Positions 20,301 through 30,352 of a DNA stretch of 64,000 bases are shown piece by piece. Below the pieces are notes generated by a model, which was given only the letters and a program-made list of their open reading frames with translations, searched no databases and was not told where the DNA came from. The stretch comes from an uncultured Spirochaetota bacterium (GTDB taxonomy: Bacteria > Spirochaetota > Brevinematia > Brevinematales > JAOACQ01). Both the position numbers and the translations under genes were made by a program. The DNA is taken from positions 192,001-256,000 of the forward strand of contig CAWAOD010000004.1 in the NCBI GenBank assembly GCA_963783575.1. The letters run 5' to 3'. How positions within the stretch are numbered: the stretch's first letter is position 1; the number at the start of each line of letters is the position of its first letter.

Positions 20301-21821
20301 TCCCCTGTCGGGGATGGTTCCGCCTGAAGTATAGATAAGGTAAAGAGTTCCTTCTTTAGCTTTGATTTTATTTTCCATCCTGTCGATTGATACCCTTGGC
20401 CTCAATTCCCGGACTCTTGAGTCTGCATAACGCCCCGCGAGCATCTCGAGGACAAGCTCGTACTGCTTTCCCGACAGGTTCCTGTATGGATAGGATGTTC
20501 TTAAGAAATTATAAAGCCCGGTGATGTCCCATTCTTCCACACCCGTCATTGATAATATGACCTGCGCTAAAACATCAAGGGGACAGTCGACCGGTACAAC
20601 CGGTTCGGTGTCACGCGCCGTAATGCCTTCGGAAATAACCGCCGCTTCAAGAAAATCATGGCCATGAGTCGGGAAAAGCTTCCCGGCGCTAATTTCTCCA
20701 ACCTTATGGCCTGAACGACCGATGCGCTGTACCGCCGATGATAATGACCGGGGCGTCTGGATCAGGACAACCTCGTCAAGGTCGCCGATGTCAATTCCAA
20801 GTTCAAGCGAATTGGTCGCGACAATGGCCTTTAATTCGCCGTTTTTAAGCTTTTCCTCAACCGCGAGCCTGAGTTCCCTTGAAATTGAGCCATGATGCGA
20901 ATAGGCTATGATCTCTTCCTCGTTTTCATTGATGAGCCTTGTCACTTTTTCCGCTGTCCTGCGGCTGTTTGCAAAAAGAAGTGTAGATTTGTTTTTTGCT
21001 ATGATCTTCTTGAACTCCCCAGCAAGAACAGGCCACCATGAATCGTCTGTGATTTTTTCCCTAGCGTCCTCCGGAAAATCGACCTCGATCCTGTATTGCT
21101 TGATTAAGCCGGAATGAATAACCGTAACCTTTCGCTTTGAATACCGGGGATTTTCCGGGCCTCCGGAAATTTCGAACCCTCCGGTAAAATCAGCCGCGGT
21201 CTGAAGCGGTTTTATTGTTGCCGATAAAGCGATCCTCTGGAAATTACCGCATAAAGGCACAAGGCGGTCTACCGCGGTTATAAGATGCGTCCCTCTTTTA
21301 TCGCCGATAATCGCGTGAATTTCATCAAGGATTACAACAGAAACCCCTGTAAGCATCGCCCGGCCGTTTTTGGAACTGAGAAGTATATTAAGACTTTCCG
21401 GGGTGGTTATAAGTATTTCCGGAGGATACTTAAACATTCTGCGCCTTTCTTCGGGTGTCGAATCCCCGCTTCTGGTTTGAACCTGAATCTCCGGGAATGG
21501 AATGTTTGTTTTAATAAAATATTCCTTCAATTCCTTCAGCGGTGTTGTCAGATTACGGCGGATGTCGTTGTTTAAAGCCTTCATAGGTGAAATGTATAGA
21601 ACCCCGGTTTTGCCAGTAGTGTATTCTCCGGTTATGAATTGATTTATTGACCATAGAAAAGCTGTCAGGGTTTTTCCGCTTCCCGTCGGCGCGGTTATTA
21701 AGACGTGGCTGCCGGCCGCAATAACAGGCCATGATTTTGACTGGATGTCGGTCGGCCTGCCGACTTTTTCCTCAAACCATTGCCGTATCAGCGGATGGAA
21801 TAATTCAAGCGGAGATGCCAT
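17316..21821 (-). CDS. lhr: Lhr-family ATP-dependent SF2 helicase (long form with C-terminal winged-helix region)
   Basis: APTGSGKT, TTPESL, DEIH, SAT, ATNSLELGID, QRIGRSGH and GGTIPD motifs; 1501 aa. Confidence 0.9.
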   Translation of the reverse strand: MASPLELFHPLIRQWFEEKVGRPTDIQSKSWPVIAAGSHVLITAPTGSGKTLTAFLWSINQFITGEYTTGKTGVLYISPMKALNNDIRRNLTTPLKELKEYFIKTNIPFPEIQVQTRSGDSTPEERRRMFKYPPEILITTPESLNILLSSKNGRAMLTGVSVVILDEIHAIIGDKRGTHLITAVDRLVPLCGNFQRIALSATIKPLQTAADFTGGFEISGGPENPRYSKRKVTVIHSGLIKQYRIEVDFPEDAREKITDDSWWPVLAGEFKKIIAKNKSTLLFANSRRTAEKVTRLINENEEEIIAYSHHGSISRELRLAVEEKLKNGELKAIVATNSLELGIDIGDLDEVVLIQTPRSLSSAVQRIGRSGHKVGEISAGKLFPTHGHDFLEAAVISEGITARDTEPVVPVDCPLDVLAQVILSMTGVEEWDITGLYNFLRTSYPYRNLSGKQYELVLEMLAGRYADSRVRELRPRVSIDRMENKIKAKEGTLYLIYTSGGTIPDRGYFDMRVQDTKAKIGELDEEFVWERNTGDTFALGAQVWRILKITSSDVEVAQVKTNPGIIPFWRAEEMNRDFYYSEKIGIFLEKAEETLSDPYSFKNELKRNYSFQETAAEELANFLLRQKSVTGQALPHRHHILVEHFEDPSNRSDRKQVIIHTLWGGKINRPFALALSAAWEEKFLYPLETMVNNDSIILILPLEFEPFGLFSMVTPENIDGLLRQKLEKTGFFGAKFRENAGRALLLPKADFKKRLPLWLNRLRAKKLMELVMKYQDFPILIETWRTCIHDEFDIENLNMLLDEVRSGKITVSECFTNVPSPFCDSLIWKEINTFMYEDDTPASGNRSNLSDELMREIIYSSQLRPKIPVYLIKTLEDKLKRTAPGYAPASPDDLLDWVKERILIPQNEWVELLNSIEKNSNIEIEDILSQLTEKIILLNVSGAAFPLVCAVESIPLILSGYDISLENLSISPIINTDSTSIINKIVSKLKSYLEKSEPRVSGEEKLQEYTAILAQWLSYYGPVELKKAETLLGLPGILFNDAVQTLAESQAIVIDRISEGGTEIEICDRENLERLLRMARIERQPIFQALEPEYLQLFLAAYQGLTDSAVSLEGLQERLERLFGFPAAAEAWEESIFPARLRPYYKAWLDSLMQSSGLCWFGCGDKKLSFSFSGELGLYIEKRPPKTGKEANSEVMNILPGLRGKFSLFDIAAFTGMSTQKTAEKLWKLAWSGEITSDTFEVIRQGILSRFTPSEIEKNDLPGRVRVSGRRSGLNRWAASRPLSGGWYQPDFGEINSDLIEEEEIIKDRVRQLFLRYGILFREITANELPLLQWGKVFRTLRLMELSGEIVSGYFFRGIPGLQFASFEAYRFLQNKLPEDSVYWMSAIDPASLCGIKLDALRGRFPRRIGSNHIAYHGKEIVLISQKNGENLNIKVPPGHPGLPDYLEFFKVLLTREFNPLNSITVETINGKPALESEYKAGLKAFGFTGGYKRLELWKKY

Positions 21822-21873
21822 AATAAACCTCTTTGCCGTAAATATTAAACAAAGGGATTTATTATGTCAAATA

Positions 21874-22969
21874 CTATTTATCTTCGGCCGCAGCCGATTT
21901 AAGCAATCCGTTTACCCATTCCCTGTTCTTCCAGAGAGCGCAGCCGTCGCGTGTTTCCGCAAGAAGACCGTGATTATCCCGCAGTTTTTTGATGAATACC
22001 GATTGGAGCGCCTCGGTAAGGCTTTTATCAAGTAAATTCGTGTCTGAAAAAGGCGCCAGAGGGCAGGGTTCCAGGTCTCCCGAGGCGTTTATATGGACAA
22101 AACCACGGCCTGAAGCCAGGCACCCGCCGGATTCTTCCTCGTCCCAAGGTACCCCGATAAATACCGCTTTAAACCGCTTTTTGAGCGAACCTAAAACATC
22201 CTTCATGTCATTGCGCTGTTTTTCCGTGATAACCCAATCCTCAGTCTCTTTACGGATAGGAGTATATTCAAGAAACAGGAAAAATCCGCACCCGCTTTTT
22301 ATCGCGTTATCTATAAATTTTTCATCAGTAACGATGTCAAAATTAGATCTTGTCATTGTTATCGAGACGCTGAAGAACACACCTTCTTTTTTCAATTCCG
22401 CCATTTTGCTTTCCAGCCTCTTATGTACTCCGGCTCCCCGTCTTTCGTCCGTTTCCATCTGAGTTCCCTCAATACTCAAAGCCGGAATTGTGTTTCTGCG
22501 GCTGGCTAGCTGTTTTATCTTATCACTGTCCAGAAGAAGCCCGTTTGTAGCCATCAGGAACAAAACCCCGGGAAATTCTCTCGTGATGTCCATGATCTCC
22601 GGCCTCATGAGCGGCTCCCCTCCCGCGATAATAAAAAATGATACCCCGAGATCTTCCGCTTCACCGATAATTTCCCTCATTTTTGAGGGGCTTAAAACAT
22701 CCGATGATTCTTCGCGGATAGCCTGCGCGTAACAGCCTTTGCATTTCAGGTTGCACCTGTTAGTTACGCTGAAAATTATTATCGGCGGGACCTGGAGTCC
22801 GCGTCCACGCATAATATTTCTTCGATGAGCCGCTCTTAACTGCTGGAAGACCACTTTTAAAAAAAACAATGCCTGCCATGGGCGGGTCAGGGTAACCCTT
22901 ACGAATTCTGAGAAAAAAATCCGGAGACCCCTTATTCAGTGTTGAAACATAGTACTGGTCTTTAATCAT
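21874..22969 (-). pseudogene. Radical SAM protein with twitch/SPASM-like C-terminus, frameshifted at ~22927
   Basis: CNLKCKGC cluster motif, GGEP, and CLASGRG...G.LEPCP. The N-terminus from ATG 22969 joins after removing one base. Confidence 0.85.
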
Positions 22970-22996
22970 ACGAAAAATCCTCTCAATATTGTTTGT

Positions 22997-23100
22997 AATG
23001 TCAAAAGTTTTTATTGTAAGGTTAAATAACTTATTACTCTGTTAAAAATAACAGATGATTTCATGATCCCCCCTCCTGCGGAGGGGTTGAGTGTGGGTTT
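22997..23100. repeat. Gene-less relative of the DUF559 element left end (14-bp end motif + AT-rich spacer + CCCCTCC/GGAGGGG hairpin)
   Basis: Same end motif and hairpin spacing as 15358-15451. Aligns over ~90 bp with 44952-45042. Confidence 0.75.
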
Positions 23101-23193
23101 TTCTAACAATATTTCACCGGGTTATATTTTACCTGTCAGCCTGATTTATAGCAATAATAAACAGGGCTTAGCCGGATGGTATAATATATAATA

Positions 23194-23524
23194 TTATTTT
23201 GCATTTCCTTCAAGAGCGTTTTCGACAGCCTTCAGGATTGCCTTGCTTGTAGTGCTCGCGCCGCTTACGGTATCAACGTTGGGTGATTGTTTTTCCAGGA
23301 TTTTTTGAATTACGCCTTCGGCCTTTTTCGCGTATGCCGTGTTCCGGTTCGTAATCATTTTAATACCTGCGATTTTGTGATCTTTCACTGTCACAGACAC
23401 CCTGTAATCGAATTTTCCATACTTGAATCCTAATCATCGACCTGACTTTTTTTACTTCACCGCTGCAGGACAAAATCGAAAAGATTAAAAGCAAAGCCGG
23501 AATAATCCAAATTTTATTATTCAT
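23194..23524 (-). pseudogene. FMN-binding domain lipoprotein, frameshifted and probably internally deleted near 23430
   Basis: Lipobox ILSC in one frame. VSVTVKDHKI...VDTVSGASTTSKAILKAVENAL (flavinylation motif) in another. Confidence 0.75.
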
Positions 23525-23704
23525 AAATAAAACCTCATTATCCATTAATATATCAGCAAGAATTGGATTTTTCAACAATAGAAAAGGTGGTCAATTAAGA
23601 ATGATTCATCCCGATGGAAGGAAAATATGATCCCTTTTCTCAGTAAGTTGACCGAGCGCTTAAAGATGAAGATAAGAATTATTTTTGTATACACACGAAA
23701 AGGT

Positions 23705-25072
23705 TTATGTTCCTGCCGGTTCCAGACATCGTTTCTCGGTTTTTAAGAGTTTCAGCTCCTTCAATATAAAAAAGCCTGTCAGGATTGTTGATAGCCCGTC
23801 CGCGGTTGGACCGGCCATCCAGATTCCGTTCAGTCCGAAAAATATAGGAAGTATAAGCACTGCAGGTATCAACAGCAGAACCGACCGCGATAAACCAAGC
23901 AACATTGAATGCCTGGGCTTTCCGATATATTGAAAATAGCTTGCTCCGCTGATCTGGAAGCCTATGAATGGAAGGAAAGCCAGGAAAATCCGCAAGCCTT
24001 TTGATCCGATCTCTATCATCTTCCTGTCATTGTTTGAAAACGCTGAAATTATAAATGGAGAAAATGTCTGAATCAGTATAAATCCGGCAAGTGAAATAAT
24101 AGTCGCGTTCATTATTGACAATAAAAGTGTTTTTCTTACCCTGGGGCAATCTTTCGCGCCGTAATTAAACCCTACAATAGGCTGGGCGCCCATGTTCAAA
24201 CCGAAAACCGGCATTATGATGAGAAGCATTATGCTGTTAATAGCTCCCCAGGCTGATACCGCGATATTCCCGCCGTATATTAAAAGCTGTTTATTTAATA
24301 TCGCTGCAAGTATCGAAATGGAAATCTGTATGGAAAACTGGGCCATACCGATTGACAGTATTCTTTTGATTATAGTGACATCCGGTACCAGGTTTCTAAA
24401 ACGCAGGCGAAGCAGACTTCGCTTTGAATAAAAAAAGCCTATAACAAGTAAGCTGACTATGGCCTGTGCCATAACAGTCGCGGTTGCGGAACCGGCGATA
24501 CCCATTTTGAAAACAAAAATAAAAATATAACAAAAAACGGCGTTCAATATCGCACCCGTAATTTGTGTAAACATGCTGTAAACCGGGCTTCCTTCCGCCC
24601 GAATTATGTTATTTATGCCGAAACCGACAGATTGGAAAATCGAACCTAAAATAATTATCCTTGAAAATATCTCGGCGTAAGGGTAAACCTCCGGGCTTGC
24701 TCCGAATATGGTAAGGATTTGCTTTAAGAAGACCAGTCCTGCCGCCACTACAACCGCTGAAAGTATAAAAAAGATAAGAAGTGCGTTTCCCAGGGCCCTT
24801 TCCGCCTCTTCTTTTTTCTTCTGGCCTAAATAAATCGAAATAGCGCTGGCTCCACCGTACCCGACAAGTACACCCAGAGCGAGAAGAATCAGCATTATAG
24901 GAAAGCTGACCATCACTCCCGCAATGGCCAGCGATCCCACTCCTCTTCCGACAAAAATTCTGTCTACAACCCCGTATAATGCGTTAATTACCATTGATCC
25001 GATAGATGGGACCGCGAAACTCCAAAGGAGCTTACTTATACTTTGACTGCCTAACCTGTTTTTTCTTTCCAT
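23705..25072 (-). CDS. MATE family efflux transporter (MepA-like)
   Basis: LLWSFAVPSI, YGVVDRIFVG, IRAEGSP and QPIVGFNYGA motifs; multiple TM helices. Confidence 0.92.
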   Translation of the reverse strand: MERKNRLGSQSISKLLWSFAVPSIGSMVINALYGVVDRIFVGRGVGSLAIAGVMVSFPIMLILLALGVLVGYGGASAISIYLGQKKKEEAERALGNALLIFFILSAVVVAAGLVFLKQILTIFGASPEVYPYAEIFSRIIILGSIFQSVGFGINNIIRAEGSPVYSMFTQITGAILNAVFCYIFIFVFKMGIAGSATATVMAQAIVSLLVIGFFYSKRSLLRLRFRNLVPDVTIIKRILSIGMAQFSIQISISILAAILNKQLLIYGGNIAVSAWGAINSIMLLIIMPVFGLNMGAQPIVGFNYGAKDCPRVRKTLLLSIMNATIISLAGFILIQTFSPFIISAFSNNDRKMIEIGSKGLRIFLAFLPFIGFQISGASYFQYIGKPRHSMLLGLSRSVLLLIPAVLILPIFFGLNGIWMAGPTADGLSTILTGFFILKELKLLKTEKRCLEPAGT

Positions 25073-25210
25073 AACTATACACTTATTGTTTATTAATTGA
25101 AACATAAGCTTCAATTCACCAATAAATTAAGTTAATCATCCCATTATGGATAAGTCAAATGAAAAATCTTAATATTATTTAATTTTGAATACAGGAAAGG
25201 GCAAAATTGC

Positions 25211-25849
25211 TTAAAGGGCTTTTTCCCGTCCGCGAATCAAGCCCATTCCAAGGATCAGGCACCCGACCGATAAGACAAAAATGCCGGCCACACCGACATA
25301 CGTGGAAAGAGCCGGCCCAATGGCATATACAACTGCTCCGGCAAGTATTAAAATGGCTGCGCTCATGTGAAATTTACGGGATATAATCAGGGAAATACAG
25401 AAAATTAATATGCCCAAAAAGATGGAACCCTTAAAAATAATCCCGAAAAGGGAAAATAATGGCGAGTGAAAGATTATACCGTCGCGAAATAATGGAATTG
25501 AAGGACCGTAAGAAACGATTGCCGGGAAAATGAATATCTCCCATGCAAGCTGGCAGGCTTGAAATATATAGGCCAATTCGACGAAAATAAATCCCAATAA
25601 GCCCAAAATTCCGGCATTTGCATAAATGCGGGAATATACGCCGGCAAACCCGAAAACCATCAGCAAAACTCCGATGAAAGAGATTGTTGAAATCAATACC
25701 CAGTTCGGATTGCTGATAATAATTGTAATATCGGAGATCTTTTCCTTTACAGGCATAATTAACGGCCGCAATACCGCGTAAGCTGTCAGCAAAAACGCTC
25801 CCGCAATCAGGGAAATGCCTCCGAGACGCTGAATTGACGATAATTTCAT
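25211..25849 (-). CDS. Hypothetical integral membrane protein
   Basis: 212 aa, about 6 hydrophobic segments, RBS AAGGAG. Confidence 0.7.
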   Translation of the reverse strand: MKLSSIQRLGGISLIAGAFLLTAYAVLRPLIMPVKEKISDITIIISNPNWVLISTISFIGVLLMVFGFAGVYSRIYANAGILGLLGFIFVELAYIFQACQLAWEIFIFPAIVSYGPSIPLFRDGIIFHSPLFSLFGIIFKGSIFLGILIFCISLIISRKFHMSAAILILAGAVVYAIGPALSTYVGVAGIFVLSVGCLILGMGLIRGREKAL

Positions 25850-25988
25850 TTTAACTCCTTTCTTTAAGTGAAATTTAAAAAATAGAATAAATCTTACAAT
25901 ATGATATTGTAAACTATTGTCAAATAAATTTCAAAAAATGCAATTTCTGCAGGGTTGTTTCATAACCGGCATTTGCCGGACAAGGGGC

Positions 25989-27305
25989 TTAAGCCCCTTG
26001 AATATCCTTAATTTCTTTCAAATTAACCGCCCAGATATCAAGAATAAGCATAATTACCGCGGAACCTGCAAATACATAAACCAGCGGCAGATTCTGCGAT
26101 AAAAACCCGCCCATAAAATACCCGATGGGTACGATCAAAGATGTCAATGAATAATAAAAGCCCCAGAACCTTCCCCTGAATTCTTCCGCGGTGTGCTTCT
26201 GGAAGATCACATTTATCGGGATATTGAAAAATGTAACGGCAATACCTATTACAACTGATAAGGATGCGACAATATATGTTATTCCCCAAATATCGAAAAA
26301 TAATCTTAACGGCGTGAATACGGTAATAATAAATATCACCTGCGCGATGCAGAAAACAAGCAGCCCCCAGAATATCGATGTTTTCAGCTTATACCTGTTC
26401 ATTATAACCGGTACGATCAATGATGCTGTGATCATCCCCAGGAATATCGAACCGGTGGCTATTGATAATTGAAAGGATGTCGCTTTAAGAACAACATTGA
26501 ATATGTAAGGAAAATAAATATAGCCTATCGGGAAAATAATTAAATTATATATCGAGTACATTATGATTAATTTATAGATTAGCTTATTTCCCCTGACATA
26601 ACGCAAGCCTTCGGCAAGTTCTGAGGCGGCTATCTTTAATTCCTTAAATAAAGCAGATCTTTGTTTATTTATTAATCTCTCTTTTAATGGAACATTTAAG
26701 ATGAATTCCATAAATCCTGAAATGAAATAAGACGCGGCGTTCAGTACAAAAATCACAAAAATTCCCGCCCGGTTGTACAAAAAGCCCCCTATCAGCATCC
26801 CTGTAAGAGCGCAGAAACTCCAGCTGAAATTGTTATACGACGTTGCCCGGGTCAATTGCTTTTCTTCCACAACATCAGGTATTATGGATGAGGATGCCGG
26901 TGTGAATATCGACCCGCAGAATCCAAGAAAAATAGCACTTATATAAAGCATCCATATCTGGAGAAGATGGTTGAATAAAATCGACGCTGCAGCAATAACA
27001 ATAATTCCCCGGATTATATCCATCCAGACCATAATATTTTTTCTGTTAAAGATGTCAGCGATAACTCCGCCGAAGGGAGAAATTAACGCGACGGTTGCCG
27101 TATCTATTACAAGGAAAGCGGCCATCAGCAAGCCGGATTTTGTAATGTCAAGAATATACCAGCTTAAGGCAAAAGCATAAATTTGATCCATCAACAGAGA
27201 AACAACTTTCCCGTAAAAGAGCAGCATAAAATTCCGGTTTAAAAGAACACTTGCTGACTTTGAGATTACATCTTCATTTACATCAATAGTCAAAATTGAA
27301 TCCAT
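25989..27305 (-). CDS. MFS transporter (macrolide-efflux/DHA3-like)
   Basis: GGVIADIFNRK motif A and FRGRFWG; about 12 TM. Confidence 0.9.
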   Translation of the reverse strand: MDSILTIDVNEDVISKSASVLLNRNFMLLFYGKVVSLLMDQIYAFALSWYILDITKSGLLMAAFLVIDTATVALISPFGGVIADIFNRKNIMVWMDIIRGIIVIAAASILFNHLLQIWMLYISAIFLGFCGSIFTPASSSIIPDVVEEKQLTRATSYNNFSWSFCALTGMLIGGFLYNRAGIFVIFVLNAASYFISGFMEFILNVPLKERLINKQRSALFKELKIAASELAEGLRYVRGNKLIYKLIIMYSIYNLIIFPIGYIYFPYIFNVVLKATSFQLSIATGSIFLGMITASLIVPVIMNRYKLKTSIFWGLLVFCIAQVIFIITVFTPLRLFFDIWGITYIVASLSVVIGIAVTFFNIPINVIFQKHTAEEFRGRFWGFYYSLTSLIVPIGYFMGGFLSQNLPLVYVFAGSAVIMLILDIWAVNLKEIKDIQGA

Positions 27306-27335
27306 TCATAGATATTCAATCCTTTTACGGAAGAT

Positions 27336-27748
27336 TTATTTCCTTAGCTTGATAATGATTGATATTATATGCGCCGGGCTTTTAAAATTTTCTTCATTAT
27401 TAATATTAAGCCTCAACGCGTAACCCTCCGGATATTTTTGAGCCGATTGCAGTTTATTTTTATATCTTCTTCAATATCGCTTTGAAGAAGCGCTTCCCTT
27501 TCATTTTCCCGGATTGCAAAACCAATGTTGAAATTATTCCGCAAGGGAGTAATATAAAAAAGAGATTTTTTCTTATTAAATACCTTGTAAATCCAGCCGC
27601 TTTTTTTGTTGTAAAATTTCCATTCGTGTGAAAATTCCTTTATCATTCCTTCCAGTTTCTCAAAAAAAGTATATGCTTCGATAAGTGTCGGTTTCAGCAA
27701 AGCTTCATCCGGCATTAAACCTTTTTCATTTAATACAATATCGATCAT
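27336..27748 (-). pseudogene. DUF3788-like protein, frameshifted in an A-run near 27457
   Basis: EWKFYNKKSGW motif. The C-terminus LQSAQKYPEGYALRL is in a second frame. Confidence 0.7.
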
Positions 27749-27766
27749 AATAATCTTCCCGTCCCA

Positions 27767-29026
27767 TCAATCGCTTTTTAATATAAGATTGAATTCGTAT
27801 GCGAGATTGAGGAGCCCCATTTTATTTTCAACCCCGGTTTTCTGGTATATATTATGCATATGGCTTTCTACAGTCCTTTCTGTAATGCATAGCAAAACGC
27901 CTATTTCACGGTTCGATTTCCCGGTTGCACAAAGTTCTATAATCTCAAATTCCCTACCGGTAATATTGAATGCGATCTTCATTTGTTTTTTCCCTTTATT
28001 TTCCTTCGAAATAATCAGTATACCGATAGTATCCGAGTATTGATCTGCAATTACGGAGATATATGAATCGGTTATTACGGGATCGGGTTCATGTTTATAA
28101 ATAATTCTGCAGTTAATACCGGTAAATTTCCCTTTTATTATTTGATCTATTTTTTCCTTTACATTTTCTGAAAAATTCATTATATCAAATATAAGTTTAT
28201 TTCTTGCTTCCTCTTTTGAGATTGATAAAAGCAAGGGAAATTTATTATTTACAGTTATAATTCTTAAATCCGAGTTCAATATGATAACAATTTCATTTAT
28301 GTTGTCAAGTATCTCACCGGCCACAATCGAATGGCCCGCGTTCATAAACTTGAATTTTATTATAATGAACCAAACATGCCAGGATAATACGATCGTTATT
28401 GAAATTATCAGAATCGGGTATAAATCTGACTTAAAAATCGGGGCAAAAAGAAATATCAATCCTAATATTGCATGAAAAATAAGGCAGCCCCAAAAATAAT
28501 ACCCAGCCTGTTTTTTTTCCCTATTTCTCCCGGATTTTTTCCCCCACATGCCTATCATCAAGTCGTGACCTTCTAGAAATAAAATGCATGCCGTAACAAA
28601 AAACAGAAGTAAAGGCGCTGCCGTTTTACCCTGTTCAATCCAGGCATTTCCAAGCCATGTTTGTTCATTCCAGGTTAAGAGCCCTATAAATCCTTTAATT
28701 GCAAAATACAGTCCGGGGATATGAATTAATGTTAGAAGGGGCCAGTGATCAAGCTTTTTATTTTTTGTATGAAGAACGGCAAAGTGAAAAGAAAAACTGC
28801 CGATTAATAGACATATATAAGTAAAATACTGAAGCCAGGCCCTTGGAGATCCTTTTACCGAAGACGGAGCCAGAATCATGAAGGAAATAAACCATAGAGA
28901 AATTAATATATATAAAAAAGAAAAAACCATGTTTGATCTTGAGTGGCGGTCAATGTAAAAAATATATATACTGACAAAAATGAAACTTATCGATGCCAGA
29001 TACAATAAGAAATAAAAAAGGCTCAT
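27767..29026 (-). CDS. Membrane-anchored one-component regulator (7TM sensor + PAS + LuxR HTH), paralog 3
   Basis: About 7 TM, REKKQA motif, PAS-like region, ITGREFEII...GKSNREIG..L.ITERTVESHMHNIYQK. Confidence 0.85.
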   Translation of the reverse strand: MSLFYFLLYLASISFIFVSIYIFYIDRHSRSNMVFSFLYILISLWFISFMILAPSSVKGSPRAWLQYFTYICLLIGSFSFHFAVLHTKNKKLDHWPLLTLIHIPGLYFAIKGFIGLLTWNEQTWLGNAWIEQGKTAAPLLLFFVTACILFLEGHDLMIGMWGKKSGRNREKKQAGYYFWGCLIFHAILGLIFLFAPIFKSDLYPILIISITIVLSWHVWFIIIKFKFMNAGHSIVAGEILDNINEIVIILNSDLRIITVNNKFPLLLSISKEEARNKLIFDIMNFSENVKEKIDQIIKGKFTGINCRIIYKHEPDPVITDSYISVIADQYSDTIGILIISKENKGKKQMKIAFNITGREFEIIELCATGKSNREIGVLLCITERTVESHMHNIYQKTGVENKMGLLNLAYEFNLILKSD

Positions 29027-29035
29027 ATGATTACC

Positions 29036-30317
29036 TCAATGGAAAGTTTCGCTCTGTATTATATTGAAATCATGGGCAAGACCAAGCAATTCGATTTTGC
29101 TGCTTATACCTAGTTTATTATAAATATTGTTTAAATGAGCTTCAACAGTCCTTTCAGTAATTCCAAGCTTTTCGCCAATCTCGCGGTTGGAAAGACCGGA
29201 TACAGAGAATTCTATGATATCATACTCGCGGTCCGTGATCTTATAAGCGGTTTGCATCTGTTTTATCCCGGTATTCTCCCTGGATATCAAAAGTATGCCG
29301 ATCAGGTCGGAAAATTGATCGGTAACCATTGAAATATAAGAATCCGTTAAAATCGGTTCATGATCTTTTTTATAATATATTTTACACCGCAGTTTTTCTT
29401 TCCTGCCTTCGGTTATACACATAAAATAATTTTTTATCTTGTCATCTTCGTAAATATAATCAAAAATGTTTTTGTCTTTGATGCTTTTTTCATCTACGGA
29501 CAATAGCTCGCGAAATTTATCATTAACTGTGAATATTTTAAGTTCGGCGCTCATTATCACAACCATTTCATTGATGTGTGAGATTATTTTCATGAGAGGT
29601 CAATGAGGGTGTGGGCGCCATGAATTTATATTTAACCATTGCATACCAGATCCCGAACATCCAGATAAGTGTGATAATTTGAGGTATTTTGGGTACACTA
29701 TGAATATTAAGCGCCGGTAATACATTTTGCAGTACGATATTTATAACAATTGAGATAAATGCTGTGATGAAAATGATTCTTGCCTGTTTTTTTTCTCTTA
29801 AACTGCCGGTTTTATTATACCATAATAAAATCAATATTAAGCAGGCTGATAGGATGCCAATATAATAAACCGTATAAGCAATAAACCATGGCGAAACAAC
29901 AGAATAAACAGGCCCCCATCCGTGTTTATATTTAACAAAATCTGATACAGTTAAAACACCTGTAAGTCCCTTGATAATAAATACTATTCCAGGAATATAA
30001 ATCAAAGGATAAAATTTCCTTAATTGTAAATTTTTTACCTTCAAAGTGAGAATAAGAAAATAATGAAGAAGAAGGGCGGGAAAAAAAACAAGCAAAGGAA
30101 GGGATAATTTGAAAAACAGCCAGCAGTTTCCCTTGCTATCGGAAGAAACCAGAAAAGAATAATTGAAAGACCAGACGGAAAAAACAATGCACAGGACAAA
30201 AAATAATTTATGGAAAGGACCGTTTATTTTATTTTTTTTATATAATAAAAGAATATAAAAGCCAAAATATATATATATCATGAATGCAATAATAAAGAAA
30301 AGAGATAAAACGTTCAT
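29036..30317 (-). pseudogene. 7TM-PAS-LuxR regulator, paralog 2, split by a 1-bp frameshift in an A-run near 29588
   Basis: The two ORFs join collinearly with the neighbouring paralog (TSNEIISHINEMVV). Confidence 0.85.
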
Positions 30318-30352
30318 TTTATTCTCCTATTACAATTACCTTAATAATTTTA

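Noticed and set aside
15442..21821. DUF559 nuclease + Lhr helicase + methyltransferase as an anti-phage or restriction system
   Set aside because: The methyltransferase lacks DNA-MTase catalytic motifs, Lhr is a common repair helicase, and DUF559 sits in its own repeat-bounded cassette, so the adjacency looks incidental.
27450..29595. Frameshifts in the DUF3788-like gene and LuxR paralog 2 as phase variation
   Set aside because: They lie in short 4-5 nt A-runs. Given the other indels in the window, homopolymer sequencing error is more parsimonious.
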